A stretch of 64,000 nt of DNA from NCBI GenBank assembly GCA_014377675.1, contig JACMPD010000258.1, positions 751-64,750 of the forward strand, given 5' to 3'. A program made the translations under genes and the position numbers. The notes below the pieces were generated by a model. It worked only from the letters and a program-made list of their open reading frames with translations, did not search any database and had not been told where the DNA came from. Below, piece after piece: positions 38,068-49,600 of this stretch; position 1 is the first letter of the stretch, and the number at the start of each line of letters is the position of its first letter. This DNA comes from Taibaiella sp. Its GTDB lineage: Bacteria; Bacteroidota; Bacteroidia; Chitinophagales; Chitinophagaceae.

Positions 38068-39123
38068 ATGTCGCTCCTTGATACAAAAAATATTACTCCC
38101 CGCTCGTTATCATTCTTTACAGCATTGGCTATTTCTGTCATCAATGCGGTACTCAGTCTGTTAGTGCAACCGAAGTGGTACACGTCGGTTCTTGTATTTT
38201 TCGTAACATTCATTATTATTTACAGCATCTATTACTACACCCTGCAGCGGTTTATCTACAGGAAAATAAAGCTGATATATAAGTTTATTTACCAGACCAA
38301 GGCGAGCAAGAAAGAAGAGATTTTCTATCAGCACATACTTCCGCAAAAGTCAATAGAACAGGTAAGTGAAGACGTTGCCAAGTGGGCGTTGCGCCGCAAA
38401 ATGGAAATTGAGAAACTCCAGGATAACGAAAAGTTCAGAAAGGAATTTTTGATGAACCTGGCCCACGAGTTGCGCACCCCCATATTTTCGGTACAGGGGT
38501 ATGTAGATACTTTACTTAATGGTGCGCTTGAAGACGAAAATGTAAACCGTAAGTTCCTCTCTAATGCTAACCGCAGCATTGACCGCCTGGTGAGGCTGGT
38601 TGATGATCTTGATGAAATATCAAAACTTGAATCAGGTAAAATCCCTATTATACAGCAATCTTTTGTAATACAAGAACTCATCAGTGATGTATATGAAGAG
38701 TTTTTGCTTAAAGCGAAAGAGCGCGAGATACACATGCTTTTTAAAAAAGGCACTGAGCGCCCTATACTGGTCTATGCCGATGAGCAGAAAATAAAGCAGG
38801 TGCTGGTGAACCTCATAGAAAATGCCCTCAAATATGGCAATGATGGCGGCACCATAACCGCCGGCTGCTATGTGGTTGATGACAAGAGCATCTACATAGA
38901 AATATCAGACGACGGCCCCGGCATGTCAGAAACCCACCTTCCCCGCATCTTTGAGCGCTTTTACCGGGCCGACCGTAGCCGCGCCCGCGCTATTGGCGGC
39001 ACCGGCCTCGGCCTCGCTATAGTAAAGCACATAGTAGAGGCCCACGGACACACCGTAAACGTAAGAAGCAAACCCGGCGTCGGCTCCTCCTTCGGCTTTT
39101 CTTTGGATAAAGGGGAGGGGTAA
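38068..39123 (+). CDS. sensor histidine kinase (PhoR-like)
   Basis: 2 TM, AHELRTP, NLIENALKY, DDGPG, FERFYR, GGTGLGL. Confidence 0.93.
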   Translation: MSLLDTKNITPRSLSFFTALAISVINAVLSLLVQPKWYTSVLVFFVTFIIIYSIYYYTLQRFIYRKIKLIYKFIYQTKASKKEEIFYQHILPQKSIEQVSEDVAKWALRRKMEIEKLQDNEKFRKEFLMNLAHELRTPIFSVQGYVDTLLNGALEDENVNRKFLSNANRSIDRLVRLVDDLDEISKLESGKIPIIQQSFVIQELISDVYEEFLLKAKEREIHMLFKKGTERPILVYADEQKIKQVLVNLIENALKYGNDGGTITAGCYVVDDKSIYIEISDDGPGMSETHLPRIFERFYRADRSRARAIGGTGLGLAIVKHIVEAHGHTVNVRSKPGVGSSFGFSLDKGEG

Positions 39124-39264
39124 ATCTAGATTTATACCCGAAAAAAGCCTGCCCGCCCGGCACTCAGAAATTTCATTTACACCTGGTGCGCAGAAAACAG
39201 CAATGACATTTGATGGCAAGGCATGGCAATAAAGGTGTAAATTCGCATATTTAACTTAAGGGAA

Positions 39265-40342
39265 ATGATAACATCAGTAACGATAAAAAATTTTATGGCT
39301 CATTCTGAATTGAGTCTCAAAGATATTCCCGCAATAAACGTTATCATTGGAAGAAATGACACAGGTAAAACCGGTTTATTAAAGCTGCTTTACGCTACTG
39401 TGAAATCACTTGAAATTTACAGTTTGAAAAGCGAAAATTCTGAGGTTTCATTCAAAAAAGAACTTGCTGAAAAATTGAGCGATACCTTCATGCCAAGAAA
39501 AAATGGTTTAGGTGATTTAGTTCAAAAAGGCAGTAAAGAAAGGCTGGATGTAAACGCTACTATCAAGGCAAACAACGGGAAATACACACAACCTGTTTAT
39601 TATTCTTTTGGAGAAAGGACAGAAAAAACAATAACAACCTGCATTGACCATGTGGATCCAATACCTCCTGACTCAGTCAATGCTTTGTTTGTTCCTGCAA
39701 AGGAAGTGTTGACAGCCTTTTCTGACATAAGAAATATAAGGGATAAGTTTTATGGTGTTGGTTTTGATGACACCTACCTGGACTTGATCAGGTCCCTTGA
39801 TATACCTGCTACCAAGGGGAGGGTTGCCGCTGAGTTGAGCCAGGTTAATAGATCGCTGGAAGCCTTGTTTGAAGGGAAAATTGAACAGACTGGTCAAAGT
39901 GATCAACCTTTCACTTTTTAAAAAGGCAATCAACAGTTTGCGATGCAACAAACCGCTGAAGGAATAAAAAAAAATAGGTATTTTAACAACGTTAATTACA
40001 AACAGACAGATCGGTAAGGGAACTGTTTTGTTTATGGATGAACCTGAAACAGCGTTGCATCCCGATGCGATACGACAAATGGTTGAAATGTTGGTGGCAA
40101 TGAGTAAAGCGGGAGTTCAAATATTTATTGCAACTCATAGCTATTTTGTTATTAAACAACTTGCTATTTGTTCCAGGAGAGATAGCATTGATACAATCTG
40201 TTGGAATTTGGAAAGAACGCCGGGCAATCAAATTGAAAGTTCATTTCATAGTTTGAAAGATGGTGTATTACCAGATAATTCTATTATTAGCGAAACAATA
40301 AAGATGTTCGACCAAGAAATAGCTGTGGATTTGCAGCACTAA
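39265..40342 (+). pseudogene. ABC-type ATPase (AAA_15/AAA_21-like) interrupted by an in-frame stop and a +1 frameshift
   Basis: Walker A GRNDTGKT in the first ORF; signature 'TAEGIKK' lies after the TAA at 39919-39921; extra A in the A9 run at 39966-39974; Walker B FMDEPE, ALHP and ATHS in the second ORF. Repaired reading gives about 358 aa. Confidence 0.85.
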
Positions 40343-40348
40343 ACATAT

Positions 40349-40891
40349 ATGCAAGTGGAAGAAAGCGGAATCACTTTGAATTTTCCGGATAATAACTATT
40401 TCAGGTTTCAGGATTGCAATGGTTACCTGCAAATACAAAGCAATTTCAGGGAGATGGATGCATGTTGGTATGACCAACATAATGATACTTTATACCTAAT
40501 TGAATTAAAAGATTGGGGTGATGGTATTCTTAATGAAGAAAGAGATGCAAAATTTTCTGCCGAATATGTTGAAAAACTAAAAAACGACATTACAAACGCC
40601 AGAATTAGAGTTTTATTTGAAAAGTCGTTAGACAGTATGATTATTTCTGTATTATTGAACAAGCCATATTCGGTTAATATTCAGAGATGCATTCCTTTTA
40701 ATATTAGTAATAGTACTACAATAAAGCTGTTGTCTATAATTAACTGGACCGATTCTGATCTTACATACCTATCTAGTGTTCAGTCAGCTTATAAATCTCA
40801 CTTTAGGCCATATGCAACTTTGTTTGGAATACGAAGCTTTGTAGTTATGACAAAAACACAAGCTATAAATTTGTTTGCATGGATAGCATAA
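40349..40891 (+). CDS. hypothetical protein with PD-(D/E)xK-like nuclease motif
   Basis: 'EMDACWYD...LYLIELKD' (D...ExK); 6 nt downstream of the ATPase; AT-rich. Confidence 0.6.
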   Translation: MQVEESGITLNFPDNNYFRFQDCNGYLQIQSNFREMDACWYDQHNDTLYLIELKDWGDGILNEERDAKFSAEYVEKLKNDITNARIRVLFEKSLDSMIISVLLNKPYSVNIQRCIPFNISNSTTIKLLSIINWTDSDLTYLSSVQSAYKSHFRPYATLFGIRSFVVMTKTQAINLFAWIA

Positions 40892-41137
40892 AAAAGTATT
40901 TTTAATTACCGCTTGGTAGCAATGTAGGACACTTTTGGATATCCGAATGTTACAATAAACCTCGCTCGGGGTGAACACCGAATATCACAGAAAATTATAG
41001 TATTATCTTGTATATTGGAACAAAACAATAATCTGCCTGTTGGACATTTATGCTCCTGATGGTCTTGGCGTTCAATTGTTGTGTGGCATAGCTCTGGGAA
41101 ACACGTTTAAAAACACCCTTTCCTTTTTAAAAAATAG

Positions 41138-41179
41138 TTTTAATCACTTGTTTAATTCATTTTTTTAACCCTACCTTTG
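41138..41179 (+). promoter_or_regulatory. promoter and putative TetR operator
   Basis: Imperfect palindrome TTTAATCACTTGTTTAA upstream of the TACCTTTG -7 element (41172-41179). Confidence 0.45.
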
Positions 41180-41192
41180 CTCCTGTATTGTT

Positions 41193-41825
41193 ATGATGCA
41201 GGAAGAGAATAAGACGGAGCGGAGTATACCTTCAACGGAAGAGCAGATAAAGGCGGCAGCCAGGCGGGTGTTTACCCGCAAGGGCTATGCTGCAACCCGC
41301 ACCCGTGACATAGCTGAAGAGTCAGGCCACAACCTGGCACTGCTCAACTACTACTTTAGGAGCAAGGAGAAACTGTTCAATATTATAATGATGGAACACC
41401 TGCACTTGTTCATTAAAGATGTGCTGGGCATTGTTAATGACGAGTCAACAACTCTGCCTCAAAAATTAGAGTTGCTGGTGGCGCATTACATTGATATGCT
41501 TTTAGCCAACCCCGGCGTACCTGTTTTTATGCTGCATATCATCAACACCAATCCTGATGAGCTTTTAAATAATGTGGCCTCAGCCTTAGATACAGAACAA
41601 CTTGTTCTGGTAAAGCAATGGCGGCAATTCGCTGCCGCAGGCAACGTAACATTGAAGCCTGCACATATTATTATGAATCTTCTGGGGTTGACAATTTTTC
41701 CTTTTATAGCAAGCCCTATGATAAAGAGGAAGCTGCACGTAAGCGACCAAGAATTTATAGCATTGATGACAGAGCGAAAACAACTCGTGCCTGTCTGGAT
41801 GAAAGCAATACTGGCCAGTAGTTAA
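41193..41825 (+). CDS. TetR/AcrR family transcriptional regulator
   Basis: N-terminal HTH 'AARRVFTRKGYAATRTRDIAEESGHNLALLNYYFRSKEKLF'. Confidence 0.95.
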   Translation: MMQEENKTERSIPSTEEQIKAAARRVFTRKGYAATRTRDIAEESGHNLALLNYYFRSKEKLFNIIMMEHLHLFIKDVLGIVNDESTTLPQKLELLVAHYIDMLLANPGVPVFMLHIINTNPDELLNNVASALDTEQLVLVKQWRQFAAAGNVTLKPAHIIMNLLGLTIFPFIASPMIKRKLHVSDQEFIALMTERKQLVPVWMKAILASS

Positions 41826-41860
41826 AGATGGCTGTAATGATAATAATAAAAGAAAATAGA

Positions 41861-43180
41861 ATGTTGCTAAAAAAGGTTTTCGTTACTGTGTTTTTCAGCT
41901 TATTGCTCCTGAAGCAACTCGTAGCGCAGACCACTTTCAGCTCTGTTGAGGAGATTTGGAGCTATGCGGATGCCCACAATATAACCATAAGAAATGCCGC
42001 TTATGAACTGGAAAAAGCGAATGCCGGCCGTAAACAATCTTACATGGCTTTCCTGCCACAGGTGGGCGCATCAGCCAGTATCACAGACAATATAAACCTG
42101 CAGACGACTTTGCTGCCCAGTATTATTATTGACCGCAATGCAACAGTTGGCCAGGTAACGGCTGTTCAGTTCGGGCAAAAATACATTTACCAGGCAGGTG
42201 CTACCGCCCAGCTTGATGTACTGAACCTGCAAACCTGGTTTAATATACAGGTAGCTCGCGAAACGGAAGCCCTTAGCATGGCATCACTGGACAATACCCG
42301 TAAAACTATTTACCGCCAACTTGCTGCACAATACTACTCCTACCTGCTGATGAAAGAAGCGGAGCAGCTTGCCCGCCGTAGCATGAGCATTACCGATTCG
42401 GTGTACCTGAGCGTACAACACAAATATGAAGAAGGGTTAGTAAATGAATCAAATGTTGATCTCGCCAAAATAAATAGGTCAAGAGCAGAGCAGGCACTCA
42501 CCAATGCCACCTACCAGGCCGCCACCGCCCTTAATAACCTGAAGGGATTGCTCAACTTTGGTATCACAGAATCGGTGTCATTGTCCGGGGACTTGAATAT
42601 GAAAATTTCGGCTGATGAAAATATGTCCTTTACTGAAGACCCTTCGGTAAAGCAGGCTTACTACCAGGCTAAGGTTGCACTGGGCAGGTACAAGGTGAGT
42701 AATGCCGCTTATATTCCGCTGGTCTCCATTGCCTACAGTAATACCACACAGCGCAATGACAATAGTTTTGAACCGTTCGGGGGAAATGTGCCGTGGTACC
42801 CGGCCAGCTTTTTATCGTTTAGGGCATCATGGAATTTGTTTGCGGGTGGCACCCGCTGGCTACAGGCGAGGCAGAATAAAATTGGCTGGTATGAAAGCAA
42901 GCTGCAGTATGACAATGCGCAGAAGCAATCAGCCATTAATGATGACAACCTCCGGCTGGCTTACCGCCGCACCCAGGCACTGGCAGCGCAGGGTTATAAC
43001 ATCATGGCACTTTCGCTTGATAATTATCGCCACATTTCAGAGCGGTATGACGCCGGGATAGCAACGCTTGATGACAGGCTGAATGCCTTCGCTGACTATA
43101 TCAACTACCAAAACCAGTACCTCAACAGCCTTTCTGATGCCCTGGTGCAGGTATACGTGCTGCGGATAAGGCAGCGGTAG
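41861..43180 (+). CDS. TolC family outer membrane efflux protein
   Basis: Signal peptide, duplicated OEP helical pattern (FLPQV..., YEEG, WNLFAG, RYDAG); operon context. Confidence 0.88.
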   Translation: MLLKKVFVTVFFSLLLLKQLVAQTTFSSVEEIWSYADAHNITIRNAAYELEKANAGRKQSYMAFLPQVGASASITDNINLQTTLLPSIIIDRNATVGQVTAVQFGQKYIYQAGATAQLDVLNLQTWFNIQVARETEALSMASLDNTRKTIYRQLAAQYYSYLLMKEAEQLARRSMSITDSVYLSVQHKYEEGLVNESNVDLAKINRSRAEQALTNATYQAATALNNLKGLLNFGITESVSLSGDLNMKISADENMSFTEDPSVKQAYYQAKVALGRYKVSNAAYIPLVSIAYSNTTQRNDNSFEPFGGNVPWYPASFLSFRASWNLFAGGTRWLQARQNKIGWYESKLQYDNAQKQSAINDDNLRLAYRRTQALAAQGYNIMALSLDNYRHISERYDAGIATLDDRLNAFADYINYQNQYLNSLSDALVQVYVLRIRQR

Positions 43181-43246
43181 TGCTGCGGTTGCACGTTAAT
43201 ATTGATACACACCCAATACGTTTTAATTCAGGAAAATAAATTGAAG

Positions 43247-44347
43247 ATGAACACAAAAGAACTGCCCCTTGTATTTATTGCAATACTTTTTGCCGCCTCC
43301 TGCAAGCCGAAGTATGATGAGGTGTCGCCCAAAGTTTCGGCCATAACCGAGGCTGTATTCGCATCAGGCAGCATAGAACCTAAAGATGCTTACATACTCA
43401 CGTCTATGTCTGATGGTTTTATTACCAAAAGCATGGTAACGGAAAACGACAAGGTGAAAGACGGCCAGTTGTTGTTCGTTTTAGATAACCGGCAGCAGAA
43501 TACGCAAGTTGCTATTGCCGCTACTAATGTAACCTATGCCGCTATAAATGCTGACGCCGGCTCACCGCAGTTGTTGCAGATAAAGGCGCAAATAGAGGCT
43601 GCCGCCGCAAAGAAAAGCACCGATTCGGTCACGCTCAACCGGTTTGAGCGTTTGTACACCACGCGCTCCGTTTCCCGGCAGGATGTGGATAATGCCAAAC
43701 TTGCCTACGAGTCTTCAACCAGCAGCTATAATGCATTGCGCGAGAGCTACAAGGCTGCCGCTAACAAAGTAAAACAGGATCTCGCCAACAGCCGTGCCCA
43801 GCTGGAGAACGTGAAGGCGGGCAACCAGTTTTACAATCTGTTGGCCATTGGTAACGGCAAGGTGTACCAGATATTTAAAAAGCAGGGCGACCTGGTGCGC
43901 AAAGGGGAGCAGGTAGCGCAGATAGGCAATCCTGACTCTATCGTCATTAACCTGGATATTGATGAGGGGAGCATTGCGAAAGTGCAGGCTGGCCAGCAGG
44001 TACTGGTGGAACTCAATACTCGAAAAAATAAAAGCTACGAGGCCCATGTAAGTAAGATATACCCTCACTTCAATGAAAGCAGCCAGTCTTACAGAGTAGA
44101 GGCGCGGTTTACTGATGAGGTGCCCGGCCTTATACCCGGTACACAGCTGCAGGCCAATATTGTTACCGGCAAAAAAAAGAATGCGTTACTGATACCACAT
44201 GTGTATGTTTTGGCCGGTAATAAGGTGCAAGTGCAGAAGGGCAAAAAAATTGATACCGTAAACATTACAACCGGCATAGTTTCTGATGAATGGATAGAAG
44301 TATTGAGCGGCGTTACTGCGGCTGACAAGTTGGTAAAACTGAAATAG
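43247..44347 (+). CDS. efflux periplasmic adaptor subunit (MacA/HlyD-like lipoprotein)
   Basis: Lipobox AASC; lipoyl halves 'VKDGQLLF' and 'GDLVRKGE'; helical hairpin. Confidence 0.88.
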   Translation: MNTKELPLVFIAILFAASCKPKYDEVSPKVSAITEAVFASGSIEPKDAYILTSMSDGFITKSMVTENDKVKDGQLLFVLDNRQQNTQVAIAATNVTYAAINADAGSPQLLQIKAQIEAAAAKKSTDSVTLNRFERLYTTRSVSRQDVDNAKLAYESSTSSYNALRESYKAAANKVKQDLANSRAQLENVKAGNQFYNLLAIGNGKVYQIFKKQGDLVRKGEQVAQIGNPDSIVINLDIDEGSIAKVQAGQQVLVELNTRKNKSYEAHVSKIYPHFNESSQSYRVEARFTDEVPGLIPGTQLQANIVTGKKKNALLIPHVYVLAGNKVQVQKGKKIDTVNITTGIVSDEWIEVLSGVTAADKLVKLK

Positions 44348-44402
44348 GGGTTTTAATCACCACCCTGTTAAAGTCTTAGCTTCCCGTTACTAAAAAAAAC
44401 AA

Positions 44403-45647
44403 ATGAAAATCAGTGTAAATACAGAAATAGCCTTTACCTACCTGGCTTCCCGTAAAAAGCAGACTATAGTCGCTTCGCTGGGAGTAATGTTTGGCATTTC
44501 CATGTTCATATTTATGCAGTCGCTGATGAAGGGCACCAACGACTATTTTGAAAAAGCGTCATTCAGCAGTACTGCGCATATAAGACTCTACAGCGAGAAC
44601 AAAGTGGCCGATACGCACATGCTTACCTCCTTTCTGCAAGACAGTTCAGTAAAAATACTCACCAACCCGAAGCAGTTAAAGCAGACATTGGGTCTTAATA
44701 ACCCCTATGGTATTATAAATAACATTAAGAAAAATAAGCAGGTGGTGGCAGTGACACCCCAGGTAAGCGCGCAGGTAATGTACAGTAGCGGCAGCGTAAC
44801 GCTTAACGGTAATGTAGCTGGTGTAAGCATTGATGAAGAAGATAAAATGTTTGATGTGCAAACCAATATGGTGGCTGGCAATCTGCATGACCTCAACAGG
44901 GTAAATAACGGTTTGCTGATAGGCAAGGGCATTGCTGACAAGCTGAGCCTGCATGTGGGGGACAATATTACGGTAAGGGCGGTAACCGGAAACCCGGTGG
45001 TGATGCGTGTGGTGGGTATCTATGCCACTACCATAAAACAGATTGATGAAACGCGGTCTTACGCCAATATAGTACAGGCGCAAAACCTTTTAGGCAAAGA
45101 CCGCAGCTATGTAACCGATATAAAAATAAACCTTGCTGACTACAACAACGCGCCAAAGGTAGCCCGTGACCTGGAGATAATAACAGGCTACAAGGCTGAG
45201 GACTGGGTGCAGAGTAATGAACAGTTGAAGGCGGCTTTCAAGATAAGGGCAATCATTCTCAACTCAGTAATAGGCGTTATATTGCTTGTGGCCGGGTTCG
45301 GAATTTACAATATTTTGAATATGACTATCTATGAAAAAATAAAGGAGATAGCCATACTCAAGGCGACCGGTTTTTCGGGCCCTGCTGTTATAAGTATCTT
45401 CCTGCAACAGGCGGTTTATATAGGCCTCATTGGCGCGGTAGTGGGTATCATATTTGGTTTCAGCATCACCTTTATGGTGTCCCGTATTTATATTGGCGCG
45501 GGTACGCTTAAGTACTTGCCTATGTCTTTCTACGTGCCGCATTACGTTGAAGCGGTGATATTCGGAGTAATCACCACCATAGCGGCGGGCTATTTTCCGG
45601 CGAGAAAAGCCTCAAAAGTTGACCCTGTAACAATAATAAGAGGATAA
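44403..45647 (+). CDS. ABC transporter permease (MacB/FtsX family)
   Basis: TM1, periplasmic domain, EIAILKATG, PARKASKVDPV. Confidence 0.92.
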   Translation: MKISVNTEIAFTYLASRKKQTIVASLGVMFGISMFIFMQSLMKGTNDYFEKASFSSTAHIRLYSENKVADTHMLTSFLQDSSVKILTNPKQLKQTLGLNNPYGIINNIKKNKQVVAVTPQVSAQVMYSSGSVTLNGNVAGVSIDEEDKMFDVQTNMVAGNLHDLNRVNNGLLIGKGIADKLSLHVGDNITVRAVTGNPVVMRVVGIYATTIKQIDETRSYANIVQAQNLLGKDRSYVTDIKINLADYNNAPKVARDLEIITGYKAEDWVQSNEQLKAAFKIRAIILNSVIGVILLVAGFGIYNILNMTIYEKIKEIAILKATGFSGPAVISIFLQQAVYIGLIGAVVGIIFGFSITFMVSRIYIGAGTLKYLPMSFYVPHYVEAVIFGVITTIAAGYFPARKASKVDPVTIIRG

Positions 45648-46324
45648 TGGCAGAGATAGCATTAAAAGCGGGCGGAATAACCAAGTACTTCCATGACCCG
45701 GTAACTTTTCCGGTACTGAAAAATATTGATCTTGAGGTGAGCAGGGGCGAGTTTGTGTCCATTGTGGGCAAGTCAGGCTGTGGTAAGTCAACATTGCTTT
45801 ACATACTCAGCACTATGGATACTGACTATGAAGGCAAGCTTGAAATAAATGGCGTCAATGTAACCGGTAAGTCGCTGAATGAACTCGCGTTTATCCGCAA
45901 CTCATCAATTGGTTTCGTCTTCCAGTTTCATTACCTGCTTCCTGATTTTAGCTGTCTGAAAAATGTAATGATTCCAGGTCTGCGCCTTGGCAGGCTATCT
46001 TATAAGGAAGTAGAACAAAAGGCATATGAAAAACTGAAGATGTTTGGTGTGGAAGACCTTGCCCTTAAAAGCGCCAATAAGCTCAGCGGTGGCCAGCAGC
46101 AGCGGGTAGCCATAGCCCGCTCCCTTATTAATGACCCTGCCATAATAATGGGCGACGAACCCACCGGCAATCTCGACTCCAAAAACACCGGCATTGTGTT
46201 TGATCTTTTCCAGCGCCTCACCAAAGAATACCACCAAACCATAATTGCCGTCACCCATGATGAAGATTTTGCCCAAAAGTCAGACCGGATAATAGAGATG
46301 GCGGATGGTGAAGTGGTAAAGTAG
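45647..46324 (+). CDS. ABC transporter ATP-binding protein (LolD/MacB-like)
   Basis: [28 protein letters not shown]. Confidence 0.95.
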   Translation: MAEIALKAGGITKYFHDPVTFPVLKNIDLEVSRGEFVSIVGKSGCGKSTLLYILSTMDTDYEGKLEINGVNVTGKSLNELAFIRNSSIGFVFQFHYLLPDFSCLKNVMIPGLRLGRLSYKEVEQKAYEKLKMFGVEDLALKSANKLSGGQQQRVAIARSLINDPAIIMGDEPTGNLDSKNTGIVFDLFQRLTKEYHQTIIAVTHDEDFAQKSDRIIEMADGEVVK

Positions 46325-46627
46325 TTGAGATGAAACAATTGGATGTTAGGAAATTAGATCGCGCAACTTGTTACGTCAATATTTATTTTCCCCCACTGGT
46401 GCGAGAGGTAGCGCAACGATCTAATGTCTGAACAAATGAGCGGGTTTCCAAGCCCGCCTAAACCCAATCGACTGACAGGACACAATCCCTTATTCGTGTT
46501 CAAAAATCTAAAAATTCTGATTCAGAAATCTTCCCTTAACACACTTTTAAAATCATAAACTGCCCGCCAAGGCGAAATTTTCGGTACTTTCGCAGATTGC
46601 CATTTCTGAAACGGGCAATTTCGTTTA

Positions 46628-49600
46628 ATGTCGCTACCCGCAATCCTGAAGTTTGTTTACAATCATGGTACTGAAGAGGTCGTTCGCCGTGGGAAAAAGA
46701 TTTTTTACTCCTCCGGCGTGCAGTTGCTTGATGTGGATCACGTTATAGAGCAGGTCCGCTTTAGAGTACGTAATGATCTGTACCAGAACTACTATACAGT
46801 TACCATTAATAAATTTATTACCACCGAAGACCTTTCTGTGCGCTGCCAGTGTCCTTATAACATGGGCGAAATTTGCCGCCACGAAGTGGCAGGCCTGTTC
46901 CAGTTGAATGACATAATACAAAGCGGGTTTTTTGAAAATACCGAGGTGAGCTATGACCAGAAGCATACTATTGTACGTATGCGGCAGGTAAGCAGGCAGG
47001 TACTCCAGATTTTTACAGCACCTGACGTTATTGACCTGGCCGAAGACTGGGTCTCCGAAGGACGTTGCGTAGTAAAGCTGGGTAAAACTGATAAAATTGA
47101 AGGTGATATTACTGAGGGTACTCAGGTATTCCATGTAATCATCAAACAAAACGAAGAACGCTATTTCGATACGTGCTGCAGTTGCGGTGAGTCGAGGTTT
47201 CCGTTGTGTATACATAAGGCGACGCTTTTTGTGCAATTGCTCAAAAAGCATGGCCCGCAGTACTTCCAGGCCATGCAGAACTGGGACGTGCAGAAGAACA
47301 AGCTGCTGGAGCAATATGGCTACAGCCTTGATGACAATCTGAAAGGCAAGTTTACCTTCACTTATGAAAACGGTAAGCCATTTCTCAGAGTACTTGATAC
47401 AAGTATTAAGAAAATTTCCCTGGCAGGCGCGCCGCCGAAGCCTGTAGTGGCGCCACAGGTAGAGATACCAGTGTTGGCACAGGAGCAGAAAAGGCTTGGC
47501 ATGGTGCTGGATACATCATTAACTAACTTCCCCTATGTTGATGTAATGCTCATTGAGGGACTAACCGATGAAGAAGGCGAAAACTATATAAGTAAACTTG
47601 AAAAACTGGAGCTTACGCAGTACATAAGCCCCATGCGCTTCAGGGAGCCGGAAAGGGATTTGCTGGATGCGGCCCGCAAGTTGATGCCCGATAAGCTGAT
47701 AGAATACCTGAAGAAGAATCTTCCGTTCGGCGATTTTTTGCCGGAGCAGGAAAGTGTGCTGGCCTCTGAGCCGCCGCCTGATGTAAAAGAGCAGCTTTGG
47801 GAATACCTCTTACCTAAGTACCAGAAAATGCTGGCGCGCTATGCCTCCTATCCTTTGCTGTATGAGCAAAAGCCAAGCAAAGCATTATCATCAGCCTCGC
47901 TCCTGGAGATTGCTTTTGCTGATACCACCATTCACCCGCAGCTTGAAGTAAAAAAGAAAACCAAGGGCTACGCGGTGAACCTGGAATGGATTATTGAGAA
48001 CACGGCCGTTGACTATAAGAAAGTAAAAGTAATAAATGCGGCTCTTGTCCTCTATGAACACAAATTATACAGCATCGCCAACCTGAAGGAACTGGCGTTG
48101 GCTGAAACTTTTCATCCTTCCGGCGTAATAGAAATTGGTAAGAAAGCCTGGGAAGACTTCCTGGTGACTAAGATAATGCCATGGACCAAGCTTGTACATG
48201 TGCACTTTTCAGAGGAACTTATTGAGCGGGTGGAGAAAGTGAAACCGGTAAATATTATCTATCTGCAGGAGAGAGAAAATACGTTTATTATACAGCCTGT
48301 TTTTGCTTACGATGGTGTGGAGATAAACCCGGAATACCTGGGTGAAGTGGTGCAGCCACATAAAGGCATAGTGAAGATAGTGCAGCGTAATGAGGAAGCC
48401 GAGCTTGAATTTTTAGAGCAGCTCAAAACCCTGCACAGCGACATACAATACAATAAAAAGGAACATTACTACCACCTTCCAGGCCATGCAGTACTTTCCA
48501 ATAACTGGTTTTTCAGGTTTACGGAGCAGGCTAAAGAGTGGGGTGTAGAACTGCGTGGGTTTGACCGGTTAAAAAACCTCCGTGTGAACGTACACAAGGC
48601 GGAAACTATAGTGCAGGTGGTCAGCGGAGTTGACTGGTTCGATACCACGGTTGACCTGAAATTTGGCGATCAGTCCGTGAGTATTATTGATGTAAAGAAG
48701 GCGCTGGCGCAAAAGCAAAACTTCGTGCGCCTTGGTGATGGCTCAATAGGTATGCTGCCTGAGGACTGGCTTAAAAAATACAGCCTGCTTTTAAAAGTAG
48801 GTGAGACACGAGGCAACAAAATAAGACTTAAAAAATTCCACTTCAGCGTGCTTGATGAGTTGCTCAGCGAGATTGATGAAGAGGCGCTGCTGCAGGAGCT
48901 CGAAATAAAGAAGGAAAAGCTGGAGAACATATTAGACAATGACTACAGTGCTATAAAGCCGCCAGAGTATCTTGAAGCCGTGCTGCGCCCTTACCAGCTC
49001 GCGGGTTTCCAGTGGCTGAAGTTCCTTAATGAGGCCGGCTGGGGCGGCATACTGGCTGATGACATGGGTTTGGGTAAAACGATACAAACACTCACATTCT
49101 TCCAACATTATAAAAATACCCACGACAAACCCAAATACCTGGTGGTGTGCCCAACCACACTTATGTTTAACTGGGAAAATGAAATAAACAAGTTTACCCC
49201 TACTATCACAAAGTTTATACACCACGGGCCCAAGCGTGCTGTGAGCGCGCAGATGTTTGATGAATATGATGTCATCATTACCACCTATGGCACCATGCGC
49301 AGCGACATCAAAATGTTCAAAGAGATAAACTTTGATTATGTGGTGCTTGACGAGTCGCAGTCTATCAAAAATCCGCAGTCGCAGGTAGCCAAGGCTTCCC
49401 TTTTGCTCAATAGTAAAAACCGCCTTGCGCTGAGTGGTACCCCTTTGCAGAACAATACATTTGATCTTTATGCGCAAATGAATTTCCTCAATCCTGGTAT
49501 GCTGGGAAGCAGGGAATTCTTTATGAGCGAATTTGCCACGCCTATTGATAAGTTCAGTGAAGGCGAGGTAAAGCAGCAGTTGAAGAAACTCACCTATCCG

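Noticed and set aside
46424-46527. TGTCTGAA...ATTCTGATTCAGA ends resembling a MITE remnant
   Set aside because: Terminal complementarity is too short and degenerate to support from this window alone.
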